Of a stretch of DNA of 64,000 bases, positions 10,534 to 20,018 are shown piece after piece. The notes below the pieces were generated by a model. It searched no databases, was not told the DNA's origin, and saw nothing but the letters and a program-made list of their open reading frames with translations. The number at the start of each line of letters is the position of its first letter. Within the stretch, counting starts at the first letter, position 1. Where the stretch lies: NCBI GenBank assembly GCA_965223265.1, contig OZ244999.1, positions 8,928,001 through 8,992,000 of the forward strand. Direction: 5' to 3'. The translations under genes and the position numbers were made by a program. The stretch comes from Planctomycetota bacterium (GTDB lineage: Bacteria > Planctomycetota > UBA8108 > SXIK01).

Positions 10534-11106
10534 ATGAGCGTTTTGGACCTAGTCGAAGAGATCCGGAGTGGTGCACGATCTCGAGAGGCGCAAGAGGAGC
10601 TCTACCCACTTGTGCGTGAGGCGCTGCTGTCGCGGATCGAACGGCGATTGCAGTCGCGCCTGCGTTCGCGCGTCGACGCCGAGGATGTTCTACATGAGTC
10701 ATTCGTTCGAGCTATGGCCGCTCTCGATCTTTTTGAGCCACGGAGCGAGCAGGCATTCTTCGCGTGGGTGTTCACGATCGCGAAAAACCTCATGCTCGAT
10801 CAATCCAAGCGGCGTTCGGTGGGCGCGGTTCACCTCGTCGGCGGATCGCAGCAAGCCGGTCCGCGGCTTTCCCAAGTGCAAGGACGGGAGCGACGTGCCG
10901 AGAGCATGTTGCAGGGGACCGACGCGGTCGCTTCGCTACTGAAGCGACTCAAAGAGAGCGAAGCAGAGATCATTCGCTTGCGAAAGATGGAAGGGCTCAG
11001 CTTTGAGGAAATCGCTGAGCGCTACGGGAAGACACCGCAGGCGGTGCAGAGGTCTTTTTCCCGGGCGTGGACGAAGCTGTGTGAGTTGGTTGACGAAGGA
11101 CCGTGA
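10534..11106 (+). CDS. ECF RNA polymerase sigma factor
   Basis: VDAEDVLHESF, FFAWVFTIAKN and EGLSFEEIAERYGKTPQAV motifs. Confidence 0.9.
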   Translation: MSVLDLVEEIRSGARSREAQEELYPLVREALLSRIERRLQSRLRSRVDAEDVLHESFVRAMAALDLFEPRSEQAFFAWVFTIAKNLMLDQSKRRSVGAVHLVGGSQQAGPRLSQVQGRERRAESMLQGTDAVASLLKRLKESEAEIIRLRKMEGLSFEEIAERYGKTPQAVQRSFSRAWTKLCELVDEGP

Positions 11107-11261
11107 CCGCAGCAACAGATGGCCGTGTCCTTCGAGTTAGTGAAGGCCGGACTTGCTGATGGTCGGTTGCAGCGGTGAGTCGAGCGGAAGGAGAGATCGT
11201 GAGTCGAGACGGGACGCGATCTGGCGGTGGGCTGCCGGCCGCCGGTGAAAGCGAGCGCGAA

Positions 11262-11450
11262 ATGAGCATGACGCGTTACTGCATCGTCTGCGGCAGAAAC
11301 CTCGGCACCGAAGACGCGTGTCGCGCCCACTACGAGCCTGTGCCTAATTTTTTCCGGAGTGTTCCCGGGCCGCGTCGCGACGCCGCGCAGCGCTCTGTCG
11401 AACGTGCGACCGACGCCGAGATCGACGCCCGCGGCGATGAACGTCATTGA
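11262..11450 (+). CDS. Small hypothetical protein with CxxC motif
   Basis: Short ORF (YCIVCGR...C..H) that fills the gap between two genes. No family recognised. Confidence 0.3.
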   Translation: MSMTRYCIVCGRNLGTEDACRAHYEPVPNFFRSVPGPRRDAAQRSVERATDAEIDARGDERH

Positions 11451-12562
11451 CTGACGAAGGATGGCGGTGGCATGGCGCGATCGGCGTACGCCGCCACGCG
11501 TCCAGGCTCCCGAAAGATCGTCCATCGCCCCGTGGTTTCTTCGAGCGTGGCGTGGATACGGATGAAGCCAGCGAAGTCGCGCGGCAGCGGAATCCTGTAG
11601 TAGCGATCGAAGTCGCCAGCGCCGACGCTGAGTCCACGCTGCGAAAAGAAGAGCCTCATCTCCTGAGTCGCGGCGTCGTGGATCTCGAAAAGCTCGACGT
11701 CTTCGGGGGGTAGGGAGACGACCTCGTGGCCAGCCGCATCGAGAACCAGCTTTCGGACACGGTCGCGCGAGACGATGAGAAGTTCGTCGCCTTCTGCGTC
11801 GTAGCCAAGAAAGCTGTGAAGCTCACGGTGGTGTAGCGCCGGCAGCTTGCCGAGAATCCTTGGTGGAGCTTCCGTGGCGAAGAAGTCGACTGCCTTGCGC
11901 CCGAGGCTAATGCCTGCACGCTTCGGATCGCCTGATCCCCACCATGGCGGCAGCAGAGTATTCAGAAGCCAACCTTTCATTCCTGACCGCTCCAGAAGGT
12001 TGAGATCGAGACCTTTCACAAGCAGGTCTTCGTGGAAGAGGTTTTTTCGCTGCTCGCTCTCAGCCGTCTCGAGTCCCGTCGTCGATTGACCGATGCGCAT
12101 AGTCAAGATGACGTTTGATTCAGGGAACTCGCGGTCGGCGATGAGCCAGGATAGATGGCCCGCAGTCAGCCAAACGATCGTCGAGAACACCGCCGAACCG
12201 AACTGCGGGCGACTTGGGCCAAAGTCGCGGCCGCTGATCTCAAAGTCGACCCGAAGATCGGCTGGTGGATCATCGGTTGTCGTCACCGAGGTGAAAATCT
12301 CAGCACGGTCGAGTGCAATCGCTAGCCTTTGTCTGAAGCCAGCCTGGTTGCCGAAATCTGCAGGCGTCACTGCCGCGGCTGCATCGGTTGCTTCGGAAAC
12401 GCTGGCATCAGCGTCGCCGGCTGCGACCCATGTCACGTCACCAACATAGACGACGAAAGGCAATGGTGTCTCTTGATCTGCGTGCTGTCGCTGCGCGCAC
12501 GAAGCCCCTAGCAGGATCACCATGAGAGAGAAGAGATAGAAGCCTTTGCACATAGCCTCCAT
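11444..12562 (-). CDS. Hypothetical lipoprotein
   Basis: 372-aa ORF with signal peptide and lipobox LGASC. Confidence 0.7.
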   Translation of the reverse strand: MEAMCKGFYLFSLMVILLGASCAQRQHADQETPLPFVVYVGDVTWVAAGDADASVSEATDAAAAVTPADFGNQAGFRQRLAIALDRAEIFTSVTTTDDPPADLRVDFEISGRDFGPSRPQFGSAVFSTIVWLTAGHLSWLIADREFPESNVILTMRIGQSTTGLETAESEQRKNLFHEDLLVKGLDLNLLERSGMKGWLLNTLLPPWWGSGDPKRAGISLGRKAVDFFATEAPPRILGKLPALHHRELHSFLGYDAEGDELLIVSRDRVRKLVLDAAGHEVVSLPPEDVELFEIHDAATQEMRLFFSQRGLSVGAGDFDRYYRIPLPRDFAGFIRIHATLEETTGRWTIFREPGRVAAYADRAMPPPSFVSQ

Positions 12563-12645
12563 CTTTCCGGACGACTTCCTGCACAGCTACATTCTTTTCG
12601 TCGTCGCGTCTTGAGTCGGTCGTCGCGCCATGAGGTGCCGGTCGA

Positions 12646-15600
12646 CTACCTTGCGGCGTCGATAAAGGACGCTGAAGCTTGGTCGAGATCTATCACAACC
12701 CTAAAACCCGTGTCGGCGAAGCGGATGGCGTCGCGAGGTGTCTCGCGCAGGTCACACTGCTCGTACGGCGTGTCGAAGCTGCCGCCAACCGCGCGGTACT
12801 CGTCTTGATACCTCACGAGCTCCCTCACGTTGCCCACTTGATGAAGGATCGTAAGCGCTCTGTTCGTCTCGGCGAGTTGGGGCGGGAACGGGTCCAGATC
12901 GCTCTCCACCAGATGCCAATGTCGACGTCTTTCCCGCCAGAGCACAAAATCGAGGCGCGAGCTCCAGAGCTCCGAGTCTGGGCATTCCTTAGACCTACAA
13001 AATGAGTTTACCCATCTCTCGCCGGCTGCTTCGTCTGGCCAAGGGAAACGGGCGTTCGGGTTACCCAGCTGTGCTGCGCTGAGCCACTCTTCCCACGTCG
13101 GGAGCCGTGCGCCATAGGCGATGCGTGCATAGGCTTCCGCTTCCTTCCAGCCAATGCCGGTGACCGGAAAACGCTCACCGGAAACCCGGCGACCGCCGCG
13201 CCAATACTCCGGCCAGTGATCGCCAGACTCTTTCGTTTCGGTCCAGTATTTCGGACGTTCGTATGCACGGCGTAGAGTCGCGTCGCGGTACGACCCACGG
13301 TCGAACAACTTCGGGTGCATGAACTGACCGTTCGTCACCTCCGTGCGTGAGATGTAGAAGTTTCGATCGCCGACCGTACAAAGAATCCATGTCATGTCGC
13401 GCCATTCGACACGCGCTTTCCAGCGCTCCGATCGCTCGAACGTGAACTTCCGCGCCGAACGATCTCTACGCCCTAATTTGTCGGCAACGAAAAAAATCAA
13501 GACTCCCTTGCAGCGATTCGGCAGCTGTGAAAGCTCCACGGCGATGGTCATTGATTTAGGTGCTACTTTTCGGTCGTCCTCAGGATCTTCGTCGACGCGG
13601 CGCCAGGCGAGAGGGAGTTGCGTCCGATCGTTGACGAGTCTGTAATTGATCCGCAGAGCCTGTGGATCAACACCGTTTTCATCGGTGAGCGTGAGGGGTA
13701 ACTCATCGCTCTCCCCCAGCTGCAGAATGCCACCTTCCTCCCGTGCGCTCACTGTTGTCTTCGGTGCCGAGGGATTGATTGAGAGCGCCACTGACGTTTC
13801 ACCAACATGCCCTGCCTGGTCCACCGCCTCAAAGCGTACTTCGAAGTCACCTTCACTCAGTTTGAAGGCTTCTAGCGTTTCGAGTCGGAAATGTGTTGAG
13901 TCTGCGTTGGCACTCTTCAGTTTCGAGCTGTTGTTGTTGCAAACGGCGGTGAGGTTGGTCAGAGGTTCGCTAGAGGTCACCGCAAGCGATACGTCGCGGC
14001 CCGAGTGCGTATCGTGAAACAACGGATTCGTTTCACGACCGGAAGACAGTTCGGGCGTCAGTGTTGGCGCTTGCGTGTCCGCTTCGACGACGATCTGGCG
14101 AGCGAAAATCCTCTCGAGCTTGTCCTCGAAGCGCATGACGACGGGGACTGGAACGTCAAGCGGTAGTTCTATGTCGCGAAAGACTACGGCGTTTGGTGTT
14201 ACGGTGACACGGTCTGTATGACTGCACGCGGCACTGACGATTCGTCCCGCTGTGCAGAAGACTTTCAGTTCGTCGAGCTGAAGGCGGCCACGCTGCGATC
14301 TGGCCGTGCGGATCTTCTTGACCTTCGATGCCGCGATCTCAAGCGGGGCGAGGAAGTCCGTAGTGATGCTAGCTAAATCGATCTCCGGGTCGCTGACAGT
14401 GATGGTCAAAACGTCGTCATCGTCGAACGGTTCTGCAGCATCGTCGGTCAGTTTCGCTTCCGTGCGTATTTCGTTCGGTGCGGCCTGAGCGGTGTCTCGG
14501 GCATGGATGGTCCACGCGGACAGCTGCGGGTCGACCACGTCGATCGCCAACAAAAACGTGACGTCGGGTCGAATCTGATTCAACTCCAACGGCCGCAACG
14601 ACGTTTCGAGTGAGGCATGCAGTTCGAATGGCGACCACGCGCCGACGTTGGGGAAAATCTTGAACGGGACCCGCTCGCGGCGCGATCGTACCTCCAGAGA
14701 AGAGAGCTTTTCATTCGCACGCATCTGAAAAAAAGCTTTGCCGGCGACCACGATTGGGTCCTGTGGAAGGATCGTAAAGCCACACTCTTCGTCCACTAAG
14801 ATTCGAATCGCGGCGTGTCCGTTTGATCCGACATTGCGCGCTCGGTCTGTAGCTTCGACATAGATCTCATATTCTCCCGGCGACAGGGCTTGAAGAGGAA
14901 ACTTCCACATGTCGCCGTCGTGGCGAGAACCTGCCACAAGCATCGATCGACGGTCGTTTCTATGCACCGGTTGGACGTGAAGCTGAGCCTCGTGCAGCCG
15001 CGCGTCACGGATCGAGACCAAAAGCGCGGCGTCGCGTCGCAGGCGCATTTTCGAACGAACGTCAAGGGGCTCTCCGGAAGCGACAGCGAGTCGAATTCGC
15101 TCGCTGACGCGCGGTGGCTTCGCGTCTACGGCAATCGACAGGTCACCGCTAAGAATCAGTTCATTGAGAAAGCTCCGGGCGCGCCCCTCGATTTGAAGCT
15201 CGCGATCGATGAGAGAGGGGAGCTCGCCGGTAGCAGCGTCGAACGTCACGCGAACGTGTTCGCCATCAGCTTCGACGCGTGCGGCCGAATGACTTGTCGA
15301 CCACTTGGCATCGGCGGCCGATGGGTCTAGAGCAGCTTGCAGTTCAACCCGAGCCAGGCTCTTGGCGTCGGCAATGTAGATGGTTCGATCGTGAAGACGC
15401 TCTCCGTTCAGATGCCATGCGATGGGAGTTTCCGTCAGCGTGAAGAGCGCATTCCACGTTAGAATTCCCACCGCGATCAGAGCGGCTGCCGCGGCGATCC
15501 ATATCCAACGCGGCAGAGGCGGTCTGAGACGATTGATGAGTGCCTCCGCGCTCTGTACCCGTGCTGTCGGGTTTTTTTCGAGGCACAGCATTACCGTCGC

Positions 15601-16725
15601 AGCGAGCCACGTCGGAACTTCCTTGCGGAGTTCACGGATTGGCTGGGGCGTCTTCGTCTTGTGACAGTCCGCCCAGTATCGCAGGCGGTTCTCCGTAGGT
15701 GGGGGATCCTTCCAAGGACGCCGACCCGTCAACATTTGGTAGGCGGTGACACCGAACGAATAGAGGTCGGCTTCGTAGCCGCTCTTCCCGTCAAAAGCTT
15801 CCGGTGCCATGTACTCAGGCGTTCCGGAGCCTTCCACCACTGACGTGCCGACGCCAGAAGCGTCAGGGGCGTCGAACGCGGGTTGGTTTCCCAGCGGCTG
15901 CGCTTGACGCTTCGCCTCCGTCTTCATCGCCAAGCCGAAGTCGAGCACCTTGATGCGTTCGGCTGAGGCGAGCTGCTCATCTTTGAGCACCATGATATTG
16001 AGTGGTTTCAGATCACGGTGGACTCGGCGATTCGCGTGCGTCGCAGAAAGCGCACGCGCGATTCCCTGGAGGTAGCCGATGCATTCCCGAAGAGGCAGTC
16101 TGCCACGTCCGTCGCGGATGACGTCGTCGAGATTGTCGCCTCGCACGTATTCCATGAAAAAATAGGGCCATGGCTCTTGTCGCACGTTGTGAACGCGAAC
16201 GATGTTCCAGCAGCTCTGACCGATCGACTCGGTCAACCGCGCTTCCTCGACGAACACCTTGATGAATCGCGGCTGTGCGTAACCGACGCTCGGTCTGAGC
16301 ACCTTGACGACCGACTTCATCGACGGCTGTGTGACGTTGGCAGCGAGATAGACGAGTCCAAAACCGCCTTGGGAGATGAGCGACTCGAGGCGATAGCCAT
16401 CGAGTTCACGTCCGATGAGTTTTGCGAGTCTTTGGCCACACCACGGACAGAAATTCGGCACGAACTTCATACCGTGGTGGAGTTGGGCGTCGACCAAGCG
16501 CTCACACGTTCGACATTCGAACAGCTCGTCGCCGATTGCGAGGCTTGCTCCGCTGGTCAAACTGCCGAATGATACGTCGTCGTCCCAGCCGGCTGACTCG
16601 ACCTCTCCAAACTCCCACGTGCATTCGTGTCCGTTGGGGCAGCGTGTGGCGCCGGCTTCAACGTGCGCACCGCAGTAGGGGCAGTTTCGGCGCCCCTGTG
16701 TCGACATGTCACTCGTGTTTTCCAT
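12646..16725 (-). CDS. Membrane Ser/Thr protein kinase with N-terminal zinc ribbons and C-terminal FGE-sulfatase (SUMF1)-like domain
   Basis: CPYCG/CRTC/CPWCG; kinase motifs GGFGLVY, HRDLKPLN, DFGLA, GTPEYMAPE; TM helix; C-terminal TEVTNGQF, ARLPTWEEW, GNVREL, TGFRVV. Confidence 0.9.
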   Translation of the reverse strand: MENTSDMSTQGRRNCPYCGAHVEAGATRCPNGHECTWEFGEVESAGWDDDVSFGSLTSGASLAIGDELFECRTCERLVDAQLHHGMKFVPNFCPWCGQRLAKLIGRELDGYRLESLISQGGFGLVYLAANVTQPSMKSVVKVLRPSVGYAQPRFIKVFVEEARLTESIGQSCWNIVRVHNVRQEPWPYFFMEYVRGDNLDDVIRDGRGRLPLRECIGYLQGIARALSATHANRRVHRDLKPLNIMVLKDEQLASAERIKVLDFGLAMKTEAKRQAQPLGNQPAFDAPDASGVGTSVVEGSGTPEYMAPEAFDGKSGYEADLYSFGVTAYQMLTGRRPWKDPPPTENRLRYWADCHKTKTPQPIRELRKEVPTWLAATVMLCLEKNPTARVQSAEALINRLRPPLPRWIWIAAAAALIAVGILTWNALFTLTETPIAWHLNGERLHDRTIYIADAKSLARVELQAALDPSAADAKWSTSHSAARVEADGEHVRVTFDAATGELPSLIDRELQIEGRARSFLNELILSGDLSIAVDAKPPRVSERIRLAVASGEPLDVRSKMRLRRDAALLVSIRDARLHEAQLHVQPVHRNDRRSMLVAGSRHDGDMWKFPLQALSPGEYEIYVEATDRARNVGSNGHAAIRILVDEECGFTILPQDPIVVAGKAFFQMRANEKLSSLEVRSRRERVPFKIFPNVGAWSPFELHASLETSLRPLELNQIRPDVTFLLAIDVVDPQLSAWTIHARDTAQAAPNEIRTEAKLTDDAAEPFDDDDVLTITVSDPEIDLASITTDFLAPLEIAASKVKKIRTARSQRGRLQLDELKVFCTAGRIVSAACSHTDRVTVTPNAVVFRDIELPLDVPVPVVMRFEDKLERIFARQIVVEADTQAPTLTPELSSGRETNPLFHDTHSGRDVSLAVTSSEPLTNLTAVCNNNSSKLKSANADSTHFRLETLEAFKLSEGDFEVRFEAVDQAGHVGETSVALSINPSAPKTTVSAREEGGILQLGESDELPLTLTDENGVDPQALRINYRLVNDRTQLPLAWRRVDEDPEDDRKVAPKSMTIAVELSQLPNRCKGVLIFFVADKLGRRDRSARKFTFERSERWKARVEWRDMTWILCTVGDRNFYISRTEVTNGQFMHPKLFDRGSYRDATLRRAYERPKYWTETKESGDHWPEYWRGGRRVSGERFPVTGIGWKEAEAYARIAYGARLPTWEEWLSAAQLGNPNARFPWPDEAAGERWVNSFCRSKECPDSELWSSRLDFVLWRERRRHWHLVESDLDPFPPQLAETNRALTILHQVGNVRELVRYQDEYRAVGGSFDTPYEQCDLRETPRDAIRFADTGFRVVIDLDQASASFIDAAR

Positions 16726-17029
16726 CGCCGTCGAGATTCGTGGGATCCTGGCTCCGCCTTGTGGACGCTCGCGCCTTCTCTTCCACGATACACCCAGCGC
16801 GGAGTTTGGCCATTTCGCCGGCCTGGGGACGAGTCTACCGGATATGAATAGAGCGCGACCACCTCGTAGATTTGCCGCCCTCGGTACGTCAACGATTGAA
16901 CTAGAAGCCTCCCACAGCCACCATACGAGAGGCGGCAGATATGGGCGAGCCGAGCACCGGCTGGCACTGCGAGGGATACGTGTGATTTTCGTACCGATCC
17001 GCGCGGCGACGTTGGAGCGAGCACTTGTT

Positions 17030-17824
17030 ATGGACAACCCTGAACTCATCGCCAGAGGTCGATTGCAAGGCAAGGCGACGCTAGTCACAGGCGCTGCATC
17101 TGGCATCGGACGCGCGACGGCACTTCTGTTCGCGAGAGAAGGCGCTAGGGTCGCTCTCGGAGACCTCGACAGCGTCGGCGCCGAGAAGGTGGCTTCCCGG
17201 ATGCGTCAGGATTCGCACGAGTGTCTGGTCCTCCCGCTCGATGTGACGTCCGAAGACTCCTGGGCCTCTGGCACCAAAACGATTCTAGATACGTGGACCA
17301 GTCTAGACGTCCTGATCAACTGCGCCGGGATCTGCGATGACGCTCCGCTGACTACGTTGACCGTGGCCCAGTGGCGACGGGTGCTGGCTGTCAATCTTGA
17401 TGGGACATTTCTGGGTACCGCCGCGGCGATCCGTGCCATGTCGCTACAAGGACAGGGCTCCATCGTCAACGTTTCATCCCTGTCAGGCGTTAAGGCTTGC
17501 GCTGGAGCTGCTGCCTATTGCGCGAGCAAGGCCGGCGTGATCCAGCTCTCCCGTGTCGCAGCTCTCGAGTGCGCAGACGCTGGTGACAACATTCGGGTGA
17601 ACTGCGTTGTTCCGGGCGGGGTCAAGACCCCAATGTGGAAAACCTCGTCAATGTGGCCGGAAATCGCCACAACCGAGGAGTGGAACGCGCCGCCAAGCGT
17701 GCCGCCGTTGAAACGCTTTGCCGATCCAGCGGAAGTTGCGCGTGCGATTCTCTTTTTGGCATCCGATGAATCGTCGTACATTTCGGGAGCCGCGCTGGCG
17801 GTGGATGGCGGCGCTTCAGCCTAA
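17030..17824 (+). CDS. Short-chain dehydrogenase/reductase
   Basis: TGAASGIG, NCAG and YCASK motifs. Confidence 0.92.
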   Translation: MDNPELIARGRLQGKATLVTGAASGIGRATALLFAREGARVALGDLDSVGAEKVASRMRQDSHECLVLPLDVTSEDSWASGTKTILDTWTSLDVLINCAGICDDAPLTTLTVAQWRRVLAVNLDGTFLGTAAAIRAMSLQGQGSIVNVSSLSGVKACAGAAAYCASKAGVIQLSRVAALECADAGDNIRVNCVVPGGVKTPMWKTSSMWPEIATTEEWNAPPSVPPLKRFADPAEVARAILFLASDESSYISGAALAVDGGASA

Positions 17825-17921
17825 GTTTCGCCAGTTCCTACTGCGAGCGCACGCGAACGTGTCGGCCGAGTGGTCACTGATCTGCACTGCGCACAACCTC
17901 TTGAAGTTGGCGAAGGTGTAG
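17825..17921 (+). pseudogene. 3' remnant of an IS1182-like DDE transposase
   Basis: Translates FRQFLLRAHANVSAEWSLICTAHNLLKLAKV*, resembling the typical FRQFLLRG..KV..EW.L.C.AHNL.KL C-terminus. Confidence 0.7.
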
Positions 17922-17944
17922 GTCGCCTGTTGGGCCTCTCCGCA

Positions 17945-18015
17945 ACCGGATCCGTGTCCGTGACCGATTCCGTATCCGAATCCGCCACCGAGACCGGTTC
18001 CGGGTCCGAATTCGA
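17945..18015. repeat. Degenerate hexamer tract (CCGNNN)n, about 11 units
   Basis: ccggat ccgtgt ccgtga ccgatt ccgtat ccgaat ccgcca ccgaga ccggtt ccgggt ccgaat. Confidence 0.8.
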
Positions 18016-18092
18016 CGCGGCGCGCTGGTGGGCTAGCGCGGGCGCCGAACTCACGTCAAGCGACAGCGGCGATGTTTGCTGCACGCCGCGAT

Positions 18093-19766
18093 CTACTCGA
18101 CGTAGGCAACTTCACGCTCGATGTCCAGGCCGACAATGTCGTAGATGCGGCCCGTCGCACCGAGCAGCCGCGCCTCGCGGTTGCCGGAGTTGTAATAGTT
18201 CGAGGCAAGATTGCTCTCCGCCTCGACCAACTCAGAACGGGTGTCGAGCACTTGGTCGATCGTCACTTTGGCGTCGAAGTAGTCGCGCAGGCGCTGAGAG
18301 AACTCGGCAGCCTTCTGCTCAATGACACTGAGAAGAGTGTTGCGATTCTGTTCATTGTCGAGGAGCGCACTCGTCTCAGCGACAATCTCGCGGCGCATAT
18401 CCATGTTTTCAGCTTCCATTTGCGCGCGAAATTGGCGGATTTGTGCCTCGGCTTTGTTGCGCGTAGCTGTCAGAACGCGCCTGTCGTTGAGGCGAAACGA
18501 GAGGCCGCCGGCGACGCTCCAACCGTCCAGTCGATCGTCGAACGACTCGGATCCGAGCGGAAATTGCGTACCTTCGAGAAAGGCGCTGATGTCATATCGA
18601 CCGTCCCGAGCTTGATCGCGCTGTAGCTCAGCGTCCGCGATCGCGTCGTCGAGCACGGCGAACGTCGGGTTGTTGCTGCGAGCCTCGTCGATGAGCTGCT
18701 CAAGGCCTTCGGAGGTCGTCGCCTGGACGGCGACCGGACTGAGGCGATGCGGCGGGACGACGAGTTCGTGCTCCTCTTCAGGACGAACTCCAATCTCGGC
18801 GAGAAGTGTCGTGAGATACTCGCGCTCGCGAGACAGATAGCGCTCCGCTTGGGCGTCTGCGTCGGCGCGTACGGACTGCACTCTACCTCGGTCCTCGGGA
18901 CGCACTCGACGATCGTTGAGAAGGCCGTCAAGGGTGTCGACGAAACGGCTGTAGGCGAGGGCCAAACGCTTGTAATACACCGTCAAGGTGTAGGCGCTCG
19001 TGGCACTGACGACGAAGCTACGGTAGTTCTCGAGATAGTCCAACTGTGCCTTACGCGCGGTCGACTCTTGGAACGCCTGCGCGATGATGCGTTCCTGCTT
19101 TCGACGTGAACCTGAGAACGGAACTTCGATGCGCGCGCGGACGAGCACACCGCTGCCCTCTTCCAAATCGTCTTCGGTGACATCTGCGTCGTCGAAGCGA
19201 AAACGCGAGTGACTCGCACCCGCTTCTGTCCGCAGAACCGCACCTTCGAACGTCTCCTTCTGAAGGCCGACGACCGCTTCGCTGACGGTGCCGCGAGCAC
19301 CACGTCGGTTCGGAAAGTCCGCGTAGCTCGTGCGTGCTTCAAGAAACGGTTCGAAACGGTTGAGGTTGGCGCGGAACTCTGTCAGTCCGTGCTGTGCCGC
19401 GAGCATCTCTTCTCGCGCCGCTCTGACCCGATAGCTCTTGAGGTAGACTAGGTGGACGATGGTGTCGAGATTCAGCTGATACGGAGGTTTCTGCAGATCG
19501 CTCTGAAGCTGACGGATCTCTGCGAGCTTGTCGTCTGCAGCCGCACTTTCCGGCGTGTCAGCTGGAAGGCTCGGGGCCTGGTTCGTCGGAGAATGCCCGA
19601 CGTCGACCGGCTCCGTGTTGGAACAGCCGGCGTTGAGCAGCAGTGCGATCAGAACAACACACCGCCTTCGCGGTCGCAGGTCCGACTCGGGTTGGTGAGG
19701 GTTGTTCTCGGCGGGGGACGACAGCGACGGTGATTCGAGGCGGGGACTCAGCGCGGGTTTCTCCAC
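18093..19766 (-). CDS. TolC-family outer membrane efflux protein
   Basis: Two helical/beta repeats and the C-terminal pattern YFDAKVTIDQVLDTRSELVEAE. Possible lipobox LNAGC. Start is uncertain. Confidence 0.75.
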   Translation of the reverse strand: MEKPALSPRLESPSLSSPAENNPHQPESDLRPRRRCVVLIALLLNAGCSNTEPVDVGHSPTNQAPSLPADTPESAAADDKLAEIRQLQSDLQKPPYQLNLDTIVHLVYLKSYRVRAAREEMLAAQHGLTEFRANLNRFEPFLEARTSYADFPNRRGARGTVSEAVVGLQKETFEGAVLRTEAGASHSRFRFDDADVTEDDLEEGSGVLVRARIEVPFSGSRRKQERIIAQAFQESTARKAQLDYLENYRSFVVSATSAYTLTVYYKRLALAYSRFVDTLDGLLNDRRVRPEDRGRVQSVRADADAQAERYLSREREYLTTLLAEIGVRPEEEHELVVPPHRLSPVAVQATTSEGLEQLIDEARSNNPTFAVLDDAIADAELQRDQARDGRYDISAFLEGTQFPLGSESFDDRLDGWSVAGGLSFRLNDRRVLTATRNKAEAQIRQFRAQMEAENMDMRREIVAETSALLDNEQNRNTLLSVIEQKAAEFSQRLRDYFDAKVTIDQVLDTRSELVEAESNLASNYYNSGNREARLLGATGRIYDIVGLDIEREVAYVE

Positions 19767-20018
19767 TCTTTGGGCTCTTCTTTCCTTACGTTACCTGATC
19801 AGACTCCTTTTGGCGCTGGAAGTTAGCATGATGAATGGTGCTCCATCAATTCTTTAAGTCGAAATGGCGCAGTAATTTGCGTCAAAGTGCGTTATCAGAA
19901 CATGGGTGTTCCGATAAGAGCTTAACAGCCTTCCTGAAAACCGTCGCCGCTTGCATCCAGATCGGCCGCGCGCGGCGACGGGGGGCCGGGCGGTGCGTAC
20001 GGGTTCGGTAAAGGCGGC

